Shown here: piece by piece, positions 28,601-40,600 of the stretch
How positions within the stretch are numbered: the stretch's first letter is position 1
Layout: each line of letters starts with the position of its first letter
Assembly: GCF_031769215.1 (NCBI RefSeq)
Contig: NW_026782608.1
Location: 248,001-312,000, forward strand
DNA from: Ylistrum balloti
Taxonomy: Eukaryota
DNA: 64,000 nucleotides
Reading direction: 5' to 3'
Translations under genes and position numbers: made by a program
The notes under the pieces: generated by a model
Told to the model about the DNA's origin: nothing
Database searches by the model: none
The model's input: only the letters and a program-made list of their open reading frames with translations

Positions 28601-31600
28601 CTCACACAGGTCGTCTACCTCACCGCCCTCTCCCATACAAATATTTTCTGTGGAACATTAACCAACACACATCTTCTCTCACACAGGTCGTCTACTTCAC
28701 CGCCCTCTTCCCATACGTGGTCCTCATCATCCTGTTCGTCCGAGGAGTGACCCTACCAAACGCATCGGAGGGCATTTATTTTTACATCGTCCCAAAGTTT
28801 GAGAAACTTCTAGACGCCAAGGTAAGCGGTGTTCCGGTTCCTTTATTAGACAGCTATGGTCTCAATCGAGACGTACATTGTAGTTGGCTGTTTCTCTGAA
28901 GTAAATATTTACTTGCAAGGTGCCAGGTTATAACGTAAATGTAATTGGTCGAAAACGAAAGCAAGATCTTAATTATAAAGCAAAATAAGAGATTTTAGAA
29001 TTTTCATTGGCGTTAAACAGACCTGTTTTTTCTGGCCAACTTTTGTGAATGAGATATCAAGTTGCTACTTACACGAGATTACATCTAACCTTACTCGTTT
29101 TTTGTGAAAACTGTTGTCGCTACACCCATAAACTGCCTCTACGACTTCCATAATGACCACGCTGGCTTAATTTGTTCAGTTATATCGATTCCATCCATCC
29201 ATAATGGTACAGACTTGTAGTCATAGGCTAATTTAACAACGCACTGATTTTAGTGAAAATCCCGTGTTGTATTAAATCTGGATTAAAATTTTAACATGGA
29301 TTTGAAGTTGCTACTTCTTGGAGCAAACGAACGCGACAAGCACGTATACTTCCTTAATAAACTACATGTAGCTTTTTTCCTATCATCTACTTTCTCCTCT
29401 TGTAATGGTACACTACACATATTCTCAACACAGAATTACGTCTTATTGAATGCAAGTTGTAAAGCAAAAGACCTATTTAATTTGTGATTATTGACACGAA
29501 TCCTAAGAATTATTCAGGGGCTAGGTCAAATAAAAAATGTTGACGAGAGTCTCTCATAGGCAAAGAGGAGAAGAACTATTGTAAAATACTACTTATCAAT
29601 AACTTCTCTGTATTGTCACAATACATATGATTCCATGAAGCCATGCAGTCTCCATTGTAATAACTGGAATGTCTAGCCAATCCTGTGGACGTGTCGTTAT
29701 AAGGCCGTCCATGTAATGGTTGTAACACTGACGGGGAGGTGCTGATGTGTGATAAATCTCTAATGTAATTCTATAATGATATACTTTTCTAAAACAGGGT
29801 ATATAACCGTACATCTGGACAAAGATATAGGAATTGTTGCAGTGTCAGTCAGTGACTGGTCAAACCATCTGTAACAACTATGTACTGATTATGTGAAATA
29901 TGATTCTAACAATGTTTGCCTATATCTATTGTGGCTAGGTGTGGCGAGACGGTGCCGTACAGGTGTTTTACTCACTCGGGCCTGGATGGGGAGGTCTGAT
30001 CGCTCTGGCTAGCTATAACCGATTCCATAACAACATATTGTGGTGAGTCTTCACAATATTTACTAACGTAATTCTTGGTATGAAGGTGTCACAACATTTA
30101 CTGACGAAATGCTTTGTATGGAGGTGTCACGACATTTACTGACGAAATGCTTTGTATGGAGGTGTCACGACATTTACTGACGAAATGCTTGGTATGAAGG
30201 TGTCACGACATTTACTAACGAAATGCTTAGTATGGAGGTGTCACGACATTTACTGACGAAATGCGTGGTGTGGAGGTGTCACGACATTTACTGACGAAAT
30301 GCTTGGTATGGAGGTGTCACAACATTTACTAACGAAATGCTTTGTATGGCGGTGTCACGATATTTACTAACGAAATGCTTGGTATGGAGGTGTCACGACA
30401 TTTACTAACGAAATGCTTGGTATGGAGGTGTCACGACATTTACTGACGAAATGCTTTGTGTGGAGGTGTCACGACATTTACTGACGAAATGCTTGGTATG
30501 GAGGTGTCACGACATTTACTAACGAAATGCTTAGTATGGAGGTGTCACGACATTTACTGACGAAATGCGTGGTGTGGAGGTGTCACGACATTTACTGACG
30601 AAATGCTTGGTGTGGAGGTGTCACGACATTTACTGACGAAATGCTTGGTGTGGAGGTGTCACGATATTTACTAACGAAATGCTTGCTATGGAGGTGTCAC
30701 AATATTGTTGTTTATTCAAAATGTTCTCTCTTTTTCACCAAACAACCTTCGTGTTACAGGGACGCCATCATCGTATCGCTAGGAGATGGATTGACGAGTA
30801 TATTTGGCGGATTTGTTGTTTTCTCCTACCTTGGATACATGGCGGGTCAGCTAGGTGTTGGCGTTCAGGATGTAGCCAGAAGTGGTAGGTACTTCTGGTC
30901 GATTCATCACTTACTCCACGACACATGCTTATTGCGACATCCACTTAGTTTAAAACTGAACATGTTTTAAAACATCCTAGTTATAGGAAAACAAGCTTAA
31001 CACTGATGTTAAACCATGACTATATAGTGCTATGGAGCAAGGATAAGTGATTTTTTCCTCTATAATCAAATATACGTGTCTTTATTCTACAGAGAATCAT
31101 ACACTATCATCATATTCTTGTTTGCACTTTTCAGGGAAAGGGCCATTTTATCTTATTTCCGCAAGAAAATTGATTTGTTGACAAGGAAATTTATATTGTA
31201 AATAAAATATTTTGGGAATAAGTCCAATATTATGATTTAGATATATAAGGCATTATGCTTGACAGTGTTGTGATGATGATAGATATAAGGAATTAGGCTG
31301 GACAGTGTTGTGATGATAGATATAAGGAATTAGGCTGGACAGTGTTATGATGATGATAGGTATAAGGAATTAGGCTGGACAGTGTTGTGATGATAGATAT
31401 AAGGAATTAGGCTGGACAGTGTTATGATGATGATAGGTATAAGGAATTAGGCTGGACAGTGTTGTGATGATAGGTGTAAGGAATTAGGCTGGACAGTGTT
31501 GTGATCCTGGTAGATATAAGGAATTAGGCTGGACAGTGTTATGATGATGATAGATATAAGGAATTAGGCTGGACAGTGTTGTGATCCTGGTAGATATAAG

Positions 31601-34600
31601 GAATTCAGCTGGACATTGTTGTGATAATGATAGATATAAGGAATTAGGCTGGACAGTGTTGTGATCCTGGTAGATATAAGGAATTAGGCTGGACAGTGTC
31701 GTGATCCTGTTAGATATAAGGAATTAGGCTGGACAGTGTTATGATCCTGGTAGATATAAGGAATTAGGCTGGACAGTGTTATGATGATGATAGGTATAAG
31801 GAATTAGGCTGGACAGTGTTGTGATAATAGGTATAAGGAATTAGGCTGGACAATGTTGTGATCCTGGTAGATATAAGGAATTAGGCTGGACAGTGTTGTG
31901 ATGAGGATAGATATAAGGAATTAGGCTGGACAATGTTGTGATGATAGGTATAAGGAATTAGGCTGGACAGTGTTGTGATCCTGGTAGATATAAGGAATTA
32001 GGCTGGACAGTGTTGTGATGATAGATATAAGGAATTAGGCTGGACAGTGTTGTGATGATAGATATAAGGAATTAGGCTGGACAGTGTTGTGATGATAGAT
32101 ATAAGGAATTAGGCTGGACAGTGTTATGATCCTGGTAGATATAAGGAATTAGGTTGGACAGTGTTGTGATGATAGATATAAGGAATTAGGCTGGACAGTG
32201 TTATGATGATGATAGGTATAAGGAATTAGGCTGGACAGTGTTAATAGGTATAAGGAATTAGGCTGGACAGTATTGTGATAATAGGTATAAGGAATTAGGC
32301 TGGACAGTGTTGTGTTCCTGGTAGATATAAGGAATTAGGCTGGACAGTGTTGTGATGATAGATATAAGGAATTAGGCTGGACAGTGTTGTGATGATAGAT
32401 ATAAGGAATTAGGCTGGACAGTGTTATGATGCTGTGATAAGGAATAGGACAGTGTTGTATAAGGAATTAGGCTGGACAGTGTAGATATAAGGAATTAGGC
32501 TGATCCTGGATAGATATAAGGAATTAGGCTGGACAGTGTTATGATGATGATAGGTATAAGGAATTAGGCTGGACAGTGTTGTGATGATAGATATAAGGAA
32601 TTAGGCTGGACAGTGTTATGATGATGATGATAGATATAAGGAATAAGGCTAGACAGTGTTATGATCCTGGTAGATATAAGGAATTAGGCTGGACAGTGTT
32701 GTGATCCTGGTAGATATAAGGAATTAGGCTGGATGATGATAGATATGGATAGGTATAAGGAATTAGGCTGGACAGTGTTGTGATGATAGATATAAGGAAT
32801 TAGGCTGGACAGTATTGTGATAATAGGTATAAGGAATTAGGCTGGACAGTGTTGTGATCCTGGTAGATATAAGGAATTAGGCTGGACAGTGTTGTGATGA
32901 TAGATATAAGGAATTAGGCTGGACAGTGTTATGATGATGATGATGATAGATATAAGGAATTAGGCTGGACAGTGTTGTGATCCTGGTAGATATAAGGAAT
33001 TAGGCTGGACAGTGTTGTGATGATAGATATAAGGAATTAGGCTGGACAATGTTGTGATGATAATAAATATAAGGAATTAGGCTGGACAGTGTTATGGGTC
33101 CTGGTAGATATAAGGAATTAGGCTGGACAATGTTGTAATGATGATAAATATAAGGAATTAGGCTGGACAATGTTGTGATGATGATAGATATAAGGAATTA
33201 GGCTGGACAGTGTTGTGATGATAGATATAAGGAATTAGGCTGGACAGTGTTGTGATGATAGATATAAGGAATTAGGCTGGACAATGTTATGATGATAGAT
33301 ATAAGGAATTAGGCTGGACAATGTTATGATGATGATAGATATAAGGAATTAGGCTGGACAGTGTTGTGATGATAGATATAAGGAATTAGGCTGGACATGT
33401 TGTGATGTGATAGATATAAGGATGATGATAGATATAAGGAATTAGGCTGGACAGTGTTGATGATGATAGATATAAGGAATTAGGCTGGACAATGTTGTGA
33501 TGATAGATATAAGGAATTAGGCTGGACATGATGATAGATATAAGGAATTATGATGATAGATATAAGGAATTAGGCTGGACAATGTTATGATGATGATAGA
33601 TATAAGGAATTAGGCTGGACAGTGTTGTGATGATGATAAATATAAGGAATTAGGCTGGACAGTGTTGTGATGATAGATATAAGGAATTAGGCTGGACAAT
33701 GTTATGATGATAGATATAAGGAATTAGGCTGGACAATGTTATGATGATGATAGATATAAGGAATTAGGCTGGACAGTGTTGTGATGATAGATATAAGGAA
33801 TTAGGCTGGACAGTGTTGTGATGATAGATATAAGGAATTAGGCTGGACAGTGTTGTGATGATGATAGATATAAGGAATTAGGCTGGACAGTGTTGTGATG
33901 ATAGATATAAGGAATTAGGCTGGACAGTGTTGTGATGATAGATATAAGGAATTAGGCTGGACAATGTTGTGATGATGATAGATATAAGGAATTAGGCTGG
34001 ACAATGTTGTGATGATGATAGATATAAGGAATTAGGCTGGACAATGTTGTGATGATGACAGATATAAGGAATTAGGCTGGACAGTGTTGTGATGATAGAT
34101 ATAAGGAATTAGGCTGGACAATGTTGTGATGATGACAGACATAAGGAATTAGGCTGGACAGTGTTGTAATGATGACAGATATAAGGAATTATTTACTCTG
34201 ACCTAACACTAACATTTAACATTATTACCTGTTGGATTTTACATTACTTGTGATATATTTAGGTGCGGGATTAGCCTTCGTGGTGTACCCAGAAGCGGTG
34301 AACAATTTACCCCCAGCGACGCTGTGGTCACTTTTGTTCTTCTTCATGCTGATTACTCTCGGACTGGACAGTGAGGTATGGGTCACTTAGAGTCTTTATT
34401 CTGTAATTCCCTTAGGTTCCCCCCTGTGGAAACGGAAACAATAATGTTTTAGCACATTGTGCATGTTTTAGACATTCAGAGTGTTTCGCAGTTCTGTTTC
34501 CTAATGACATGAATGTATTTAAAAGTGGAAAGCCGTCAACATTACTGATGTTTTATGGTCCTCAAATAGCCCCGAGATCGGAAAGTTTGATATAGCAACT

Positions 34601-37600
34601 TGCGTTGTCATAGTTACCTGACTTACAAACTTTCTCCGTTATTCTTTACTTGAAGTGCAGAAATAAGCTTGGCTTCCACCTTTCAGATGTACGTTAATGA
34701 GAATCACACTAATGCACGTATAAAAAGTTTGGGAATCGTACAGAAAATAAACCATATTTCAGCATTCCTTCGTCGTCCTCATTTAGATGTCACATGGTAT
34801 TGCAGATTGTCGCAATTATATCACACAGTGTAGGGATTTCCTACCGACAACCACGTGTGCCTTGTAAACAGAAGTTGGAATATTGTTAGATGTCACGTGA
34901 TATCGTAGACTGTCGCAATTATATCACAGTGTAGGGATTTCCCTCCTGACGACCACGTGTGCCTTGTAAACAGAAGTTGAAATATCATAACAGAAGTGAT
35001 TCCGAAAGTAGAATCCTTAATACCCCTTAAAACTAGGGGGAAGTATTATCAAAAGAAAGACTTGCATGAGAGACTTCTGAAAAAAATGGAGATAAGACCA
35101 GATGTTCCGGAAGATATGCGTCTTCTGCTTCATCATCGATACCTGCATCACGCTAACTGCATAACGTCCGTAGATAGAGCACAGCCAATGTTCATCGTAC
35201 GTCTGAATCGGGTAGGGGGGCTTCACTTTCATGCCCCACCAACCAGCCTATTGTTTTCTTCGTTTCCTGCAGGAGCTGACTTTTAACGATCCTTCAGGCA
35301 ATCTCTTACTCCACCATCAATTATTTGCATGGTTCATGTTTGTGAGGAAATAGTTTCGAGTCTAGTTGACAGTTATTATGAACTTAAGATTTCTAGGTTA
35401 TCTGTAGACTTTAAGTGTAGCATAAATGAAGAGTTTATAATAAGGTCGAAATTTTATTTACAAAAAAAAAAAAAAAAAAAATACGATTCCCTATTTTGAT
35501 TTTTACAATTTAGAATAGTTTCAATACAACCTTTGCCTTCATAGAGGCCCAAGTTTTTTTCAGAACTTGGTTAAAAATAAAAGGAGTAAGTAAAAAATGA
35601 GAACACGCTTTATTATTTCTCAGCTGTAGACTTTGAGACAGGTCAGATTGGTACTGGATAGTGTCAGTGTTGCTTTGAAAGTCTTTTTTAAAAGGCAGCA
35701 ATTGAAAATTTGCACAAACATTGATCTTTATGACCTCAATTATTTATACCATCACTGTCATTACACACGATACCAGAGGCCGACCAAGTCGCTTGGTTCA
35801 TTTATGTTAATGTTAACGTTATGTCCACAGTTTGCTCTGCTGGAGAAAGTGTGTGTTGTACTTTACCGTTATGTCCACAGTTTGCTATGCTGGAGAAAGT
35901 GTGTGTTGTACTTTACCGTTATGTCCACCGTTTGCTATGCTGGAGACAGTGTGTGTTGTACTTTACCGTTATGTCCACAGTTTCCTATGCTGGAGACAGT
36001 GTGTGTTGTACTTTATCGTTATGTCCACAGTTTGCTATGCTGGAGACAGTGTGTGTTGTACTTTACCGTTATGTCCACAGTTTGCTATGCTGGAGACAGT
36101 GTGTGTTGTACTTTATCGTTATGTCCACAGTTTGCTATGCTGGAGACAGTGTGTGTTGTACTTTACCGTTATGTCCACAGTTTGCTATGCTGGAGACAGT
36201 GTGTGTTGTACTTTACCGTTATGTCCACAGTTTGCTATGCTAGAGACAGTGTGTGTTGTACTTTACCGTTATGTCCACAGTTTGCTATGCTGGAGACAGT
36301 GTGTGTTGTACTTTACCGTTATGTCCACAGTTTGCTATGCTGGAGACAGTGTGTGTTGTACTTTACCGTTATGTCCACAGTTTGCTATGCCGGAGACAGT
36401 GTGTGTTGTACTTTACCGTTATGTCCACAGTTTGCTATGCTGGAGACAGTGTGTGTTGTACTTTACCGTTATGTCCACAGTTTGCTATGCTGGAGACAGT
36501 GTGTGTTGTACTTTACCGTTATGTCCACAGTTTGCTATGCTGGAGACGGTGTGTGTTGTACTTTACCGTTATGTCCACAGTTTGCTATGCCGGAGACAGT
36601 GTGTGTTGTACTTTACCGTTATGTCCACAGTTTGCTATGCCGGAGAAAGTGTGTGTTGTACTTTACCGTTATGTCCACAGTTTGCTATGCTGGAGACGGT
36701 GTGTGTTGTACTTTACCGTTATGTCCACAGTTTGCTATGCTGGAGACGGTGTGTGTTGTACTTTATCGTTATGTCCACAGTTTGCTATGCTGGAGACAGT
36801 GTGTGTTGTACTTTACCGTTATGTCCACAGTTTGCTATGCCGGAGACAGTGTGTGTTGTACTTAATCGTTATGTCCACAGTTTGCTATGCTGGAGACAGT
36901 GTGTGTTGTACTTTACCGTTATGTCCACAGTTTGCTATGCTAGAGACAGTGTGTGTTGTACTTTATCGTTATGTCCACAGTTTGCTATGCTGGAGACAGT
37001 GTGTGTTGTACTTTATCGTTATGTCCGCAGTTTGCTATGCTGGAGACAGTGTGTGTTGTACTTTACCGTTATGTCCACAGTTTGCTATGCTGGAGACAGT
37101 GTGTGTTGTACTTTACCGTTATGTCCACAGTTTGCTATGCTGGAGACAGTGCTGACAGGCTTCACAGATTACTTCCCATCACTCCGACCAAAAAAGTCGT
37201 TTGTGATCCTGGCTGTGTGTATTGTGTGTTTCCTGTTGGGCTTACCTATCACTACTTCTGTAAGTATATCGTTCCCTACCCGTCATACCCGGATTTCCCA
37301 TTTCAAATCTCGAGGAAACAATGAAATCTTCTTACAAATTGTAAATGTCACGTGTCGAAATTGATAAGATAAATGATGAAAGATTGACTGTATATTGCAT
37401 TACTTTACATTTCATTTGATATATATGTTTTGAGGTCAGGAAGATTGGTCTGACCGGGACTCCGACAAGGAAGATGTCGGAGAAATTTATAAATATCTTA
37501 CATGAACCGGGAAGTCGGAAACTTGTTAACGTTGTGTCTAGCTCATTACAAAAGCATTAGCATTTTTTACGGCTAAGTTGTATTTCAAATATCGACATTT

Positions 37601-40600
37601 GAAGACTATGCCGCATCACAGTTAAGGTTTATGACATAAGACTTGGCGTTGGTAGCTAAAGCATGGGAGGGGTTCAGTGTTTGATAAACTCTTAACAAGA
37701 CATGACAACCAGGAAGTAATATAATGAATGTCTGACAACCAGGAAGTCATATACTTTATATATGTACATATATATATATATTCCCTATATCCCTGATATA
37801 TGTAGTGTAAAATGACTTACACGCGCCGTGACTATCACCTGCACGTGCTTCGGCACGTGCCTCGGTAGCGCAGTAGGTAGCGCGTCAGTCTCATAATCAC
37901 ATAATAGCAGAGCGATCTGAAGGTCGTGAGTTCGATCCTCACCCGGGGCAAGATTTTTTAATATCAAATCTCGTCGTATTATTTGGTTAATTTGAAAGCG
38001 TTTGTAAAAAGTATTAATCGTATATAACAGGTCTACTGATATCGTTTGTATCAAATGTAATTGCTGTTTGGATGTGCTGTAGGGTGGGATGTACTGGCTG
38101 CAGTTACTTGACCATTACGTGGGGTCATGGTCACTTCTGGTCATCGGCCTGACTGAGGTCATGGTCATTAACTTCATTTACGGTAAGTTGACGTGATTTT
38201 ATTATCTTAATTGTGGTATTCACTATTTTTTCCCGAAGTGAGCAAATCACGTTCTAATCCATAGTGAGAATTGTATTTAGCTACACTGCTGCAAATAACC
38301 ATACACAGAGTCTCCAGCATATGTGGTATGCATCGTTGATAATTTAGTTTGCATATACAGATATTGCAGCGGTTTGATCACTTCCGGGAGGCAAGTAGTG
38401 CAAGTAAAACATCTTCAGCTTACTAACCCTTCATTCTGACAATACATCGTGTTCGGATTTAGAATGTCTCGTCCTCTTAATTATGTCATAGACATTATAC
38501 TATAGTTATGTAGCTTATGTAAAAGCAGTCATTATCTATTTCAATGCCTTCTGTAGGATTCGAACCTGGGACCTCTGACTGTGTTCTCAAGGTAAACAGT
38601 ATATTTATTACTGTATAGAACACCGGATATCACGCACGAAATGTTTCTATACCAAGTGTCATGATTAGGCATTTAAACACAATTTTTTTAATTATTTTAT
38701 CATTCACCATAGAAAAAAATCTGCTGTATATTGATGTAATGCATCAGTGATTTTACTGTGGTTTCAGGCATTAACAGATTCCTGAGTGACATAACAGTTA
38801 TGCAGGGCCACCGACCTTCAATATGGTGGAAGATATGCTGGTTAGGTATCAGTCCAGCAGGCATGGTGGTAAGTTGTCTAAGGGTAGTATAAGGGTTATA
38901 AGTTGTCTGGGGTAGTGTTAGGGTGGTGAGTTGTATGGGGTAGTGTTAGGGTGGTGAGTTGTATGGGGTAGTGTTAGGGTGGTGAGTTGTATGGGGTAGT
39001 GTTAGGGTGGTGAGTTGTATGGGGTAGTGTTAGGGTGGTGAGTTGTATGGGGTAGTGTTAGGGTGGTGAGTTGTATGGGGTAGTGTTAGGGTGGTGAGTT
39101 GTATGGGGTAGTGTTAGGGTGGTGAGTTGTATGGGGTAGTGTTAGGGTGGTGAGTTGTATGGGGTAGTGTTAGGGTGGTGAGTTGTATGGGGTAGTGTTA
39201 GGGTGGTGAGTTGTATGGGGTAGTGTTAGGGTGGTGAGTTGTATGGGGTAGTGTTAGGGTGGTGAGTTGTATGGGGTAGTGTTAGGGTGGTGAGTTGTCT
39301 GGGGTAGTGTTAGGGTGGTGAGTTGTATGGGGTAGTGTTAGGGTGGTGAGTTGTATGGGGTAGTGTTAGGGTGGTGAGTTGTATGGGGTAGTGTTAGGGT
39401 GGTGAGTTGTATGGGGTAGTGTTAGGGTGGTGAGTTGTATGGGGTAGTGTTAGGGTGGTGTGTTCTATGGGGTAGTGGTAGGGTGGTGAGTTGTATGGGG
39501 TAGTGTTAGGGTGGTGAGTTGTATGGGGTAGTGTTAGGGTGGTGAGTTGTCTGGGGTAGTGTTAGGGTGGTGAGTTGTCTGGGGTAGTGTTAGGGTGGTG
39601 TGTTGTATGGGGTAGTGTTAGGGTGGTGAGTTGTATGGGGTAGTGTTAGGGTGGTGAGTTGTATGGGGTAGTGTTAGGGTGGTGAGTTGTATGGGGTAGT
39701 GTTAGGGTGGTGAGTTGTCTGGGGTAGTGTTAGGGTGGTGAGTTGTATGGGGTAGTCTTAGGGTGGTGAGTTGTATGGGGTAGTGTTAGGGTGGTGAGTT
39801 GTATGGGGTAGTGTTAGGGTGGTGAGTTGTCTGGGGTAGTGTTAGGGTGGTGAGTTGTATGGGGTAGTGTTAGGGTGGTGAGTTGTATGGGGTAGTGTTA
39901 GGGTGGTGAGTTGTATGGGGTAGTGTTAGGGTGGTGAGTTGTATGGGGTAGTGTTAGGGTGGTGAGTTGTCTGGGGTAGTGTTAGGGTGGTGAGTTGTAT
40001 GGGGTAGTGTTAGGGTGGTGAGTTGTATGGGGTAGTGTTAGGGTGGTGAGTTGTATGGGGTAGTGTTAGGGTGGTGAGTTGTATGGGGTAGTCTTAGGGT
40101 GGTGAGTTGTATGGGGTAGTGTTAGGGTGGTGAGTTGTCTGGGGTAGTGTTAGGGTGGTGAGTTGTCTGGGGTAGTGTTAGGATGGTGTATTGTCTGGGG
40201 TAGTGTTAGGGTGGTGAGTTGTATGGGGTAGTGTTAGGGTGGTGAGTTGTATGGGGTAGTGTTAGGGTGGTGAGTTGTATGGGGTAGTGTTAGGGTGGTG
40301 TGTTCTATGGGGTAGTGGTAGGGTGGTGAGTTGTATGGGGTAGTGTTAGGGTGGTGAGTTGTATGGGGTAGTGTTAGGGTGGTGAGTTGTCTGGGGTAGT
40401 GTTAGGGTGGTGAGTTGTCTGGGGTAGTGTTAGGATGGTGTGTTGTCTGGGGTAGTGTTAGGGTGGTGAGTTGTATGGGGTAGTGTTAGGGTGGTGTGTT
40501 CTATGGGGTATTGTTAGGGTGGTGAGTTGTATGGGGTAGTGTTAGGGTGGTGAGTTGTATGGGGTAGTGTTAGGGTGGTGAGTTGTATGGGGTAGTGTTA

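Noticed and set aside
30060-30700. Hammerhead cores (CTGACGA...GAAA) in the 38-bp array
   Set aside because: No stem II closes directly before a GAAA, and there is no stem III or cleavage triplet.
31250-34190. 37-bp array as another exon-derived repeat (CTGGACAGTG shared with the end of exon 34263-34375)
   Set aside because: Only a 10-bp match, and the array does not abut or include either junction.
34996-35286. 96-aa ORF in the SLC6 intron as a nested gene
   Set aside because: No recognisable domain or splice context; it looks like decayed interspersed repeat.
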